Assembly: GCA_030167865.1 (NCBI GenBank)
Contig: JALAGF010002264.1
Span: forward strand, 1 to 35,279
Reading direction: 5' to 3'
Source: Craspedostauros australis
Lineage: Eukaryota
DNA: 35,279 bases
The position numbers and the translations under genes are program-made. Every line of letters starts with the position of its first letter. Within the stretch, counting starts at the first letter, position 1. Below the pieces are notes generated by a model. That model was not told the origin of the DNA, ran no database searches, and worked only from the letters and a program-made list of their open reading frames with translations. This document shows, in pieces, positions 11,674-23,054 of this stretch.

Positions 11674-12249
11674 CTTTGCTGCGACCGTGCTTTTGCTTTT
11701 GTTGTGCTTTGTTTTGGTTTGGTTTGGTTGAGTGTTGTCTGTTGGTTGGCTGTTGTTGTTCTACGCTGCTTTTGTTGTTGCTGTGAATTGATTTACGAGG
11801 TTGCAAGATTATGATCATAATGGTACGATTGTTCCTGTGAACATTGGGATGAGACGATGGCCCATCAGTCAATGACGATGGCGAGGGTCATCATGAGGCG
11901 AGAACATCGGAAGAATGAACCTGGGAAGGTCTTTCCACAGAGGAGGGAACAATGCTCAGGCTTTCCGCAATCGTGCGTTGGTTTCTGCGAGCGCTTGTTG
12001 TTGGCTCTTGAGCCATTTCGGTCGTTCGATCTTCGTGGTGGCAGACAAAACATCGCCGACGGTGGCTTGACTCAATTGACCCAATCCGCCAATTGAGAAA
12101 GAGAGGAAAGATCCAAATCCATCAGCGCCACCACATCCGAACTCTGACACCAAGCCGACTGGGGACACACGTGCTCTACGACCACGAGGAGGAAGCACCG
12201 AGAACAGGCCCACAATTGGCACCTTCTCGAAACAGACGCAAGTCGATCG

Positions 12250-14080
12250 ATGAAGAACCGCAACAGTATGAGGAGAGGACAGAGTTGGGCAATCCGAGGA
12301 CCAGCACTGCTGGTATTGGTGCTACCGCTGCTGCTGGCTACGACTGTGTTCGAGAGTGTCAACGCGTTCTCAGCGACGCGGCTGTCCTCTCTGACCGATC
12401 GTGGCACCAGCTTGCGGAACCAGCAAGATTCGAGGCAACCATTGCGCCATTTCTACGACGAAAGCGCTAGGTGGAAGTGCCATGACAAAAGCCAAGCTGC
12501 GTCACAACGCAGATCATCTCAAATGCGGATGCTGCCATTGGATATGATACCCACCGAGCTCATCAGCTCCGCGTCTTCGCTCAGCCTCAACATCGACAGA
12601 GAAACGGCGGAAGCCCTGGCCGGGCCATTCTTCGGCGCTTCCCTGCTGCCGTACCTAGCGTTTCTCTACTTCTTGGATGTGGAAGAAAATGACTGCCCCA
12701 AGGGAGTGACGGTCGGGTTTGCCACCTGCCTGCTCTTCGTCTTCCTCACCATCCCAGCCGCGATAGCTGCCCAGGTGTTGTACGGCGTGTCATTGGCCGA
12801 TTCGGATTGGCTGCATGGTTCTGCCGAATCCTTGCTCACCATGACCAATCTGGTGACCGTGGTTGCATTTCGGCAAGCCTTGGAGGCCAAGGAGAAAGAT
12901 GCGCCCATGCCAAGCACCGCGCAGAGCTACATGCCCATGATCCTCTTGGTGGCTGTGTTGACGGTAGCGGCGGGTATCACAGCAGCCGTGCCAGCGTTGG
13001 CGGACCCGACGGTGCATACTCCGTATCTCGGCGGATTCATGGACCTCCCGTTCACATTTGATGCTTTGGGGGCCACGACAGAGCCTGAGAATGCATTGAC
13101 GATCGCAACGTAAGTTATCACGAGTGATGCAAGTGCACATATGTACGTAGTCGTACAGTATGCACTGGTGCTAATACGAGCTATGGATGATGCCCTCATG
13201 CTTCATGTATTGTCTGTGTCATGACGAATACGATGTGCAGCATTCGTCTCTTTCGATGCCCCAGAGATGGCTCACACAACATACTGTATTTCATTTTTTC
13301 ATTCTTCACGTCCTGCTGTGGCTAATTGTATCGTCCCACGCTATCTCAATCCAATGCAATGCACAATAACCGCCGTCGTTGGCACCATCACTCCCACCAC
13401 AACAATGCATGACATCGTCACTGCACTTCCTGCGACAACCTACTGCATACTCGTATGATAGATGGATCATCCATGTGTCGTCGTTGGTAGAGTTCTTGGT
13501 TGCGATGGGATTCGCATGGAGATGGGCAGATGTTGTGAACAATCCAACATGGAAAGGTCTGACGTGGGGATTGCTGCCGTTGCACAGCTCAGGCATCACA
13601 GCTTGCACCTACCATCTCTTCTTCAATCGAATCCCCATCCTTGTTCCGCTGCAGGCGTTGCTGACTTGCATCGGCAACACGACCGCGGCCATCGCGACCT
13701 ACAGAATTGCACGATCCAACGGATGGGAGCCTCCCCTCAACGACGATCTGAAGGCACTCGTTGACAAGACAACGAACGCCCCGCTCGCAGTCACGCAGAC
13801 ACAGACAGCTACAGAGAAGGCGGCCGAATCGGAATCGCTGGTTGGATTCGAGGATCTCGGAGATGCTCTGGCTGATGACAATGACTACACATTCCTGATC
13901 AAGCTGTTCGTCGGATGTGCGGTGGGGTCGTACGCCATCAAGTACGGCGAGCTCTTCGTCGACTTTTCGTTCGAGGCCAATGTTTGGCTTGGGTTGTCTG
14001 TCGTGGCTGTCCCTTCCGTCCTGAACGCCTTCAAGTGGTACAAGCGAAGTCAAGACCCAAGCTTTGAAGGTTGGTTTTGA
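12250..14080 (+). CDS. Plastid-targeted membrane protein, DUF3593 + DUF2499 (Ycf49-like) fusion; 2 exons
   Basis: Exons 12250 (or 12268)-13109 and 13462-14080; intron 13110-13461 GTAAGT...TAG, phase 2, restores EPENALTIATWIIHVSSLVEF. DUF3593-type motifs SLLPYLAFLYFL and LADSDWLHGSAESLLT; DUF2499-type WKGLTWGLLPLHSSGITACTYHLFFN. Signal peptide ends VNA|F. Confidence 0.85.
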
Positions 14081-14424
14081 GTGCTGTTCTTGCACTGTTC
14101 CATGGTACGCGACAAGTCGGTGTTGCATGAGCATGATGCAAAAAGAAAGACACACGTTCCTGCTGTAGTCGTACCAACAAATGCGCGTAGCCAACGTTAG
14201 TACATCCACGCTGTGTCGATGGTCGAGTTTGTTGGTCACTACTCGCACAAGTACGCTGGAATAAACACGCCCAATGCGAAAAGGAGCGCGAAGCCAAGCA
14301 ACGAATAAGTCGCCCCAATCGCCGCAAAAGAACAAGACAAACTCTGAACGGGCATCACTGCAGCACGGAATGCTGAAATCTAAACTGCCACAGAGTGCTC
14401 TATGTTCTATCTGCAAGTGTACTC

Positions 14425-16157
14425 CTACATCGTCTGTATCGACTCTGTGAGTTGGTTGAGTTCGGAGCAAAAGTTGAACAGAGACTTGTCCCAGTTGGCC
14501 TGCTCCGTGTTGGGATCTTCGAACTCCAAAAAGCCCGCGACTTGGTCGATAGAACCTCGCAGGGATCCGTCCATGATCATGTTCGCTGCAATCTTTTCGG
14601 CCTTGTCAGTCCCCACGGCAAGGATCCGACCAAGGTCAGTGAAACGGATGGAATCGTATACCTTGCTGACAGCGATCATGTTGTGCTCCACAACGCTGCG
14701 CTCCAGGATAGTCAGACCATCGCCCATGACTGCTTTCTGGTGTGCCTGCAAAGTGGATTCGAACTTGGTAAGCTCCGCCTTGCCGATGATCTGCTGCTTG
14801 TACATTTTCTTCAAGATTGTCGAGTGCGTCTCCAGGTTCTCGATTGTGTCCAGCTCGGAAAGTCTGCTATCGTTGTATATCTGTTGTACGAGCATGTGCG
14901 AGTATTTGTCAGAAGAAATGCGAATGCGTGGACGTGTGTATGAATATGTTGACGCGCGTACGTGGATTGGAGTGAAAAACAAACGACGGATCATTAGGAC
15001 GGTGAAATAAAGCAGTCGCATGAGAAGTGGTGAGGTATGGCATGTACAATGCAACAAGTGACATCTGCAACCCACACTACACTGTTGCAACGAACAACAC
15101 TGCAATGCCATGTATTGTATACTCACGTATCCCAAAACTCGATGTCGCTGCGGTCCGCTCGGCGCGAGTATGGCGGTCGTCGCTGCCTTTCCAAGCATGG
15201 TCAGGAGATCTTCGGCGCGGATGACATCGTCAGAGCTTTGACTGAGCTCGTGGTATCGGGAGGCGGCGCTGAGGAACTTGCGGTTTGCATCAAGCACGCG
15301 TGCGTAGGTTGACTTGAAACGCAGAATTAGCGTGACATGCTGCTCTGGGTCCTTGATGCCCTCGATCACGCTGCCAGCCTTCGTCACGGCTGAGTCGGAC
15401 TCCACGATTTCATCATCCTCCAAAAAGCATTCCGCAATCTTCACGTACACTGTGAGATGCATCGTCGCAGATGGTTGCCAAATTGTCATCAAATATGATA
15501 TGCACATGGATGAATGCAAGAAAGGGGATTGATGTGAGTATGATTGTGGCTGCTTCTGTAGAACGGACAAGGATGGACCTGGTTTCAATGCTCTACTCCA
15601 CGCATTTGTTCGCATAGATCCGGCATGGCCAGGTCTACTTTGAGGCCTTGCGAATGCGTATCTCTCTCTCTGGAGAGACTGCGTGTTTCCAATTCACATG
15701 CGAATGTCATCCATATGCACATGATTGGTTCATTGGAAGTTGACGTTTGAGACTTACCATCGCACTTGGTGGCGGCAGATGTGTAGTAGACGCTCTCCGG
15801 ATCGTCCTCCATTCTGGTTCCCGACAAAATCCGTGCCGCCTCCGAGAATTCGGAATCCTCGTTGACCTTGTAATCGAAGATCATCTGGCGCAGCTTGCTG
15901 TCGGCGGCACCCTCCACCGTGCTTGGCAAATGACCCAAAGCGTCGATCATGATCTTCATCATCTGCTCATCGCCGAATGCGGCAGGCAGGAAGTTGGGAT
16001 GGGACACGGCGCACTTGACGAAATGCGCCGCCAGACTGCGTTGCTCTCCCTGCCCGATGCTGTTCCAGGAATCAGGCTGCGCCGAGAACACTTCGTGGAT
16101 CCCGCCGTAGTTCTTGCTCTGGATGGAGCTGTCGATCTTCTCCTTCAGTCTCTCCAT
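14425..16157 (-). CDS. CSN4: COP9 signalosome complex subunit 4 (PCI domain); 3 exons
   Basis: Exons 16157-15758, 15449-15127, 14880-14425; introns 15757-15450 and 15126-14881, both GT-AG. Conserved CSN4 motifs YVKIAECFLEDDE, YARVLDANRKFLSAASRYHELS, ILAPSGPQRHRVLG, LQAHQKA..DGLTILERSVVEHNM, GSIDQVAG. Confidence 0.93.
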
Positions 16158-17126
16158 CTTGTCGTCTCGCTCGTTGCGGCAAAGTGTGTGGCTCCGAGTA
16201 TTGCGATGATCTGCGGCTTTGTGAGACAGCTCCTCTTGTGTCCCTTTCTCTTGTTCTTGTGATGATTGCTTCCTTCTGTGAGCTTCGTGTGGTCTCTCTG
16301 TGCGTTCTCGCTGGGATGGAGAGAGTTGGTCGCAAGTCTCGCTGTTGTGTGGATTGTTGTCGTGGACTTCGTGTCGTGCCGTGTTGGGCTTGGATACCAC
16401 GGTGAAGAAGATCACACACGAAAAGGGAGAAATGGACTCAATGGATTATTCCATTTGTCTACATTCGTTTACGTAGACTCTGTATCACAAAATGAGCCCA
16501 TGGAAGTCGGTAAGATTCCCATTCCTGGAGTATTGGCACGTACTCGTATTCGTCCTCGTGCTAATATGTCCAAGCCTTGCAATAGCAGTTATCAAGCGAG
16601 ATCTTCACACATGCATCACTGAGATTGTATCGAGTATGCACTGCTATGCTTGTGGATGTGTCGTTGTGGAGTCAATCGGCTGCCATTGCTTTCCAATGTG
16701 CACAAGAAATACAGCTATTCATGGTCGTATCACGCAATACTCCACACGATGACTGAAGGGTTTCCAAATCACCTTCCAAGTCAGATGTGTTTCCAGTTGC
16801 TGAGATGGTGAGAATGGAGACCCAACCAATGGGAAGCGTGACGGTGTCAATAGAATATTCATAGAAATAAATAGAGCACTAATAATAGTTGTTAAGAATA
16901 GCAAATGCTTGACTTGTTCGTTGCATGTGTATGTGTGTTGTGTTCCAGTTGTCAGTCGTTTGTTCTTCAGTAGCGGACCAACTTCATGGAATATCCCAAC
17001 TCACTTCGTCCCTTGATTGTCGCCTTGCCTCTGGGAACCTGCGATACGTCGCTGGATCTGTGGGAACGCTCAGGTAGACCTGCGCATGCGGTGTATTGTG
17101 CCAATGCGAACGAACTTGCAGGGCGT

Positions 17127-17486
17127 TTATATGCGACAGTTGGCACAACCGCACGATGGTCCGTGCTGAGAGGAGCACGAAGCGCAGTCGCAGTTCGAGG
17201 CGTGGACTCGGACGCTGCAGTCGTCGCATGCGCAGTCCTCTCCATGAGACGACTGGCAGGTGGCGCACGAACACTGGGATCCGTGGGCCGAGGCGCATTT
17301 GGAGCATCCGCATCCTGCCGCGTGCGAGGATGCCACTCCGAAGACATCGCTGCCGGTGCTGATCGCCTTCAACGGCGTGGTCGTCCTTCGGGCGACGAAG
17401 GCAGGGGCAGTCTGCGAGAAGGCGGATGTCTGGACCACGGTGCCTGCGATGCAGAAGACTGTTGCGAAAGAAACCTTGCCGAACAT
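17127..17486 (-). CDS. 119-aa plastid-targeted Cys/His-rich metallothionein-like protein with five HxxxCxCxxC repeats
   Basis: ATG at 17486, TAA at 17129-17127. Signal peptide ends QTSA|FSQTAPAF, then transit-like RRTTTPLKA. Repeats: HAAGCGCSKC, HGSQCSCATC, HGEDCACDDC, HASNCDCASC, HGPSCGCANC. Confidence 0.85.
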   Translation of the reverse strand: MFGKVSFATVFCIAGTVVQTSAFSQTAPAFVARRTTTPLKAISTGSDVFGVASSHAAGCGCSKCASAHGSQCSCATCQSSHGEDCACDDCSVRVHASNCDCASCSSQHGPSCGCANCRI

Positions 17487-17676
17487 GATGGATAGGGTAG
17501 AGCGTAAATGGAAGAGAGGAGGTGTACAGTGTAGATTCGTTGGATCGGGTTGTGATGCTATTTCTGCAGAGATGTTGTGGTTGTGATGTTGGAGTTGCGA
17601 TCTTTGGTATTGGTACAAAGGAAGGGGAACAAAGGAGACGATCGTGGATAGAGCGGATGATTCAGCGGCTCATGTG

Positions 17677-17697
17677 GTTGTTGTTGTTGTTGTTGTT
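17677..17697 (+). repeat. (GTT)7 microsatellite upstream of the Cys-rich gene
   Basis: Read directly. Confidence 0.9.
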
Positions 17698-18356
17698 GAT
17701 GTCATCACCACCCATTGTTGGCATGGACTGGATCGGTCGGGTGATGGATGGTGGCGTCACGATTGCGCTTACACAACAACGTGAACTGCCCAACAATCGG
17801 AACCACCACAAACGCGGAAGATCACACAGCACGCAATTGTCACGCGTCGGATTGTGGTGGCGCCACAGATTCACACATCACCTCATTGACGTCATCGTTC
17901 CTTGACAAAGGCCTTTACATGTACTTCAAACAGTTGATCAATATGACTGCACTTCGTTGTCGAATAACTCGACTGTTTTGACACCTTCAAACGGTTCGAA
18001 TCTCTCCGTTTTGTTCGTGGCTTTTCGGCGTTCTCTTGTTGGGCGATTCGAAAGTCATTTGTCGCCATCAACAACAACAGAAGAACTCATGAAGTAAGGG
18101 GGAACACCAGACAGGAAGCACAAAAGCACAAGAGAGACGAGATCGCCGTTGTTGTCGCCAGGAAGAGGTCGAGACGGAGAGGTCAAAGTGGAAGAGCACA
18201 TCAAGCACCCTTCAAGGGCAACCACCATTAGAATACGAGTGATTATACACCACAATCGCAAAGGCTTACTCTCGGTAGGAAGCAATCAGAACGGAACAAG
18301 GAAACGGATAGAAGCTAAGCGCAGCGCAATCGAGTACTCTACCACAATACATCAAG

Positions 18357-19274
18357 ATGGCAGCAGGGATTGCACACGGAGCAGACATGGATGGCAGAAG
18401 GCACCATGGGAGTTCACCTTCTGTGAGCATCGACATGGAATCGATCCGCAACTTTTTCACAGCCATGTGAGTGCATGTATGGGGAGCCTCGGATTTGATT
18501 TCAGCTTGTGGGGTGCCAGCTTGTTGCTGCGTACCGTTACCAACCGATGCAACTCCTCTGACACTCTCATCTGCTTGCTTCACCGGCTTTTTTGGGTGCA
18601 TTCCTGGACTCCACCATATGCCCGTTTGTCTATTTGCTTGTTTGCGCGCGCTCAAACGTCGAACTGGGCAACACAGCGTCACCGACACGAGATCCAAGAT
18701 CAGCGTCGAGACCTTGCGTCCATTGCCAGTGTTCCTGGGCGTGTCAACGCAGGGTTTCTGCTTCGCGCAGGATGCCTTCGCACCACCGACCACAAAACTG
18801 GACAAGACGTCGTTCGAGAAGGTGAAGACGAGGCTGAAGCTGAATTTTGCATACTTCGTCTCCAACTACGCGTTGGTGGCGGCAGGGGTGGCCCTTGTGG
18901 TTGCATTGATGCACCCGGGCATGCTGATTTCGTTGGGGACGCTGTGGGGATTGTGGGAGCTCCATGGGTACCTCATATCGAACGAGCTCGTCTTCTTCGG
19001 TCGCAACATCGGATCATTGGTATCCATTAATCATCGCTCGAACTTCCTCATCGCATTGACTGCGGCGGTCGTGGCGTGGAAATGCCTGTGGCCAGTCGCG
19101 ACGTTTGTCTCGATCAGTTGCTTCATCATTGTGTTGCACGCGATCATGCGAGATCCAAAGCAGATGAACATGGCGCAGGGCTTCCAACGGAACGGGCAGC
19201 ACGACGAAGAATACGACTCCAGCGGATCCGAGGTGATCGTCGATCGTCCCACGTCGAAGGCGGACATCATTTGA
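18357..19274 (+). CDS. PRA1: PRA1 (prenylated Rab acceptor) family protein; 2 exons
   Basis: Exons 18357-18466 and 18677-19274; intron 18467-18676 GTGAGT...CAG, phase 2. Motifs LRPLPVFLG and RLKLNFAYFVSNY, two long hydrophobic hairpins, IIVLHAIMR. Confidence 0.88.
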
Positions 19275-19910
19275 GCAAGCAATCAATCTCTCCAGAGAGA
19301 GAGACTCTATTCACAAAGCGGTCGCAATTGTATTCCGTTGGAGGGGTACGAGTACTGCTGATGGTTGACCAACTCCAGAAGAAATGAAGATGATGTAGAG
19401 TATTACTCTCTGGCGTTGTGCATAACCACTCTAAGGTCACCACCTTCATGAATGTATTTCTGTATAATATTCTATTATAGAATACAATGCATCATTCAAT
19501 GGATACTGTAACCAGCATGTGCAAAAGTCGCAGTGGAATTCGATGCAGTACCGTGGTGGCGACGAGGTCCAATTCCGCAACTACTCTCATGTGCGCGGCA
19601 TCATAACCAAGGGCTGAAAAGAGGATCGTGTTTGGATCGTGGATGGTGTTGCTGTTCGATTGTCGCGACTGGCATCCAGGATGAGAACACAACAGAAGAG
19701 GCAGCACAACTCACACGAACAAAAAGCCAGACGAGCTTCCAGGTTCACAGTCCACAATTCATAATTCACAATCCATCCACCACACAAAAGCAATCGACGG
19801 AGTTAGAAGAAGCTTGACATCTGCAACAGTATCATAGAATAGTAACATTCCTCAACCAACACCCCCACGTAGTCACACCGCACTTTCACACAACAGAACA
19901 CAAGCACACG

Positions 19911-20938
19911 ATGAGCGCGTACGAACAACTCGCCAAGCCTGCGCCAGACGTGGGACCTGCCGTTGCGGACGGAGCTCGCCTGCACGATGATGTTGTCGTG
20001 GAAGCCGCCAAGCCCTCGGAGGAGGCGGTCGTGGCACCGGCAAAGGCGGTGGCACCTGCCATGATGGGCACTGCCGCGATGAACAAGAGAGATGCGCAAC
20101 GGCAGGCCGGGAACGGCAACGCTGTGATGGGAGTTGTGCAAAGGGATTCGCTGGCGGCGGCAGATCTGCTGAAGATCGGTTCCGATTTCCAAAGCAAGGT
20201 GCGTATTTGGATTGTGGAGGAAGATGGGAGGACGAGTATTGTGTTGCCTGTGAATGCTCTGCGCAAGGGGAGTGCAATGTTCGAAGGTGGCACTTGCCCG
20301 GAAGGATCCAAGACTGATGTATTCGTATCGTACTTTACACATTGACTGCGATCTCTCACCAACAATCATCGTCCACGTCTCATACGTTACGCCCTCTGAC
20401 AATGGAATGGAATCAACACACTGTCCCTAACTCTACCGAATCCATGCATGCCCCATGACACTCCCCGTCGACACAGTGCTGCCTGATCAAAGGAGGACCG
20501 CCCAAGAACTTCCTGCGCCGAGGCCTCCCAATGCTGTTTGACGAGCGTGATTTCATTTCGTACGGGGAATCATTGCGCTTCATCGTCGTGCAGGGCCCGT
20601 GCTGCTTCGTTTTCACAGACGAAGCTGATGCCCACCCCTTGTACGTCATCAATTTGGAGGATTACAAAGCAATCGTCGAAGATCCGAAGAAGCCGGACAA
20701 GGACTCGTACACGGTCAGTCCGAGGACACGCAACAACGAGGCTAGAGAGACTCTGGTAACCATCTTGCTGAAAGACAAGAAGACTCGCAAGCAAGCTTAC
20801 CAATTCTCATTCGATACAGCGAACGACAACACCGTCGCGAAGCGATTTTTGGATGTGCTGAACAGGAACAACAAGCTGAAACCGCTGAATTGTGAAGAAG
20901 TGATCTTCCCCACCACATCCAAGAAAGTTGCGAAATGA
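19911..20938 (+). CDS. PH-domain-like protein; 2 exons
   Basis: Exons 19911-20198 and 20477-20938; intron 20199-20476 GTGCGT...CAG, phase 0, joins two ORFs. The pattern RFIVVQGPCCFVFTDEADAHPLYVINLEDY...YQFSFDT...AKRFLDVL resembles PH beta-strands plus the C-terminal helix. Confidence 0.7.
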
Positions 20939-21329
20939 AGCAATCGCGGCGTAAAACCTAATATGTATGTACCATGGAGGATGTGTTTCATCCACAACAG
21001 CGGGAACGGCGACACCGCGATGACTACTCATATAAGCATGCAGTCGACCTCATCGGAAGATGTCTGCGAAGTTGTGAATGGCTGCAGGTAGACTTGCGTT
21101 GAACTTGCGCTTCACAATCATGTATGTTGCACAAAATAGTATTATATCTTATTAGGTGCAGGTATTCATGCATGGAATATCTACATATGTATCTATACTT
21201 CGCCTCAATCTAGATTACTCATGATTGTTGGTCTACGGATATTTGTTTCCAAAAGAGAGAGAGAGTGAGAAGTGGCGACCTGCAGAACATTCCAACATAG
21301 TGCCGCAGTCAGCAACATGCGTATGCCGC

Positions 21330-22463
21330 TCATATGTTCTTGATGACATCGTGGTGTTGCAACCGTTCATCGACGGTGGCCTTGCACAGCACTTGACCCT
21401 TGACCCCATGCTTCTTAACGACGTCCGTGGGCATGGCAAAGACAGGATCGATCGTTCTGGATGTCGACGTCGGTGACGAGGGCAGCTTGCCCAAAAGGCT
21501 GAGACCGGACAGGCCAAAGAAGGTATGAAAGATATCGGGCATATCCTCGGGACGATCCGCGATGCCGCCATCGTCCGGATCCTGCGCCAACGCGATGAAA
21601 TGCGCCAGCTTATCGCGGTGAATGTAGTCGACGCAATCGAGGATGGTCATGACGCTGAGGATCCACCAGCTGTAGCACACGTCGGCCTGCTTCTCGCTGC
21701 GGCCGTTGAGACCGCCCGAATCGCACTGCCGCTCCGCGAGCCACCACGTGAGGAGATCGATCTTGCGGATCTTGTGCAGGCATTGCGCGATGCTGAGGGC
21801 GCCGACGCAGCAGAAGACCTGTCCGGCATGCGACTCGGCCCCCAGCATGCTGCCGAAGCCGCCGTCGAAGTTCTGGCAGCTCGCGATGTAGTGCGCGGCG
21901 CGTTCGACGTCGACGACGTCCATGCGATGCAGCAGGGCGAGGCTGCTGAGGGCGCAGTACGAGAAGCGCGTGTCGATCTCGCCCCACGCATCGCCGGCGA
22001 AGCTGCCGTCGGGCTGTTGCAGCGATGCGATGAAGCGCAGGATGCTGGGTGTGTCCAGCAGCGACAGGTCGTAGTTGGCCATGACGAGTATTTGCAGCGC
22101 GGAAAGCGTGTAGAGCAGATGGCCGTCGTGACCGACGTTGCCGCCGAAGCCGCCGGTGGATGCATCGTAGCATTGCAGGACGAAGTCGACGATGCTGCTG
22201 CGCGGGTTGTCCGAGTCCGCGGATTTCGATGGCGCCGTGACTCCCAAGATCTGATCGGCCTCATCTTCGGACACCAGAATGGACAGCGCCGCGTAGGTCC
22301 AGTAGACGCCGCTGACGCGCAGGTGCTCTGTCACGGCACCTTCGTAGCTGGATGGGTTATCCAGCTTGTCGGCGAGCTTCGAGATGTAGCGGATGTGGAG
22401 TTCGCGGTGGAAGTCGACGGTCGACGCCGAATCACCGATGTGAACTGTGATGCTTTGCTTCAT
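21330..22463 (-). CDS. RABGGTB: Rab geranylgeranyltransferase (GGTase II) beta subunit
   Basis: Motifs TEHLRVSGVYW, HDGHLLYTLSALQIL, GDAWGEIDTRFSYCA, GAESHAGQVFCCVGAL, ERQCDSGGLNGRSEKQADVCYSWW, GGIADRPEDMPDIFHTFFG. Likely ATG at 22463 (MKQSITV); the upstream ORF extension is microsatellite. Confidence 0.95.
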   Translation of the reverse strand: MKQSITVHIGDSASTVDFHRELHIRYISKLADKLDNPSSYEGAVTEHLRVSGVYWTYAALSILVSEDEADQILGVTAPSKSADSDNPRSSIVDFVLQCYDASTGGFGGNVGHDGHLLYTLSALQILVMANYDLSLLDTPSILRFIASLQQPDGSFAGDAWGEIDTRFSYCALSSLALLHRMDVVDVERAAHYIASCQNFDGGFGSMLGAESHAGQVFCCVGALSIAQCLHKIRKIDLLTWWLAERQCDSGGLNGRSEKQADVCYSWWILSVMTILDCVDYIHRDKLAHFIALAQDPDDGGIADRPEDMPDIFHTFFGLSGLSLLGKLPSSPTSTSRTIDPVFAMPTDVVKKHGVKGQVLCKATVDERLQHHDVIKNI

Positions 22464-22478
22464 CGTGTTCTTCTCCAC

Positions 22479-22505
22479 GCTATTGCTATTGCTATTGCTA
22501 TTGCT
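22479..22505 (+). repeat. (GCTATT)4+ hexanucleotide repeat in the RABGGTB 5' leader
   Basis: gctattgctattgctattgctattgct read directly. Confidence 0.9.
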
Positions 22506-23054
22506 TATGCTAATGATAATGCTGTTACTAATGCTGTTCGTCTTGTCGCCTTGGTTGGAATTATACTTGGTTGCGTATGATGGTGACAATGATGGTGACA
22601 ATGATGGTGGATCTTTGTGGTCTGTGCTTTTGTGGTTTGCGTTCGCGCAGAGGATCTCGTTCGACACCCCTCTCCACCGCCAACTTCGTTCCACGTCTCG
22701 ACCATCGCAAACCCTACTGTGTTTTCTGCGCGCAGCACAGTCGAACAGAGGCTCTCTCGTGGCCTCGCACTGTTGTTGCATAAAAAGACTACGAGTATGA
22801 CACCTACCATAATATTATATTATATAACACATGCGTAGCAATGTAACTCTACTGATTTAACAAGGCCCATCTGGATGCCAGACAAGCAGAATGGATAGGT
22901 ACGAGCCGTGACACATGTAACTAAAATCGGCACCACGTCCTGCGCCTCCAAGCAATGTTCGGTCGCATACAGCGTACCAGGCAATCCCGTTCAAGCCCAA
23001 GAGCCATGGCCATCAAAATTCCCACCAAAATGTCCATACGCGTCACCAACAGGA

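Noticed and set aside
17993-18007. GGTTCGAATCTC T-loop/B-box-like motif
   Set aside because: No acceptor stem, D-arm or anticodon arm can be folded upstream, so it is not a tRNA.
21690-21710. GRSEK instead of the usual GRPEK in RABGGTB
   Set aside because: Single substitution; the zinc-ligand motifs DVCYSWW and DIFHT are intact, so there is no evidence of altered function.
21525-22580. 351-aa plus-strand ORF antisense to RABGGTB
   Set aside because: Shadow ORF produced by GC-rich codon bias of the real gene; no recognisable motifs. The same applies to 4097-5098, 22908-23864, 25228-26088 and 29962-30808.
22464-22781. N-terminal ORF extension of RABGGTB (also CSN4 16158-16415 and ankyrin 34142-34480)
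   Set aside because: Low-complexity or leader-like sequence with no family similarity; better ATGs lie next to the conserved domains.
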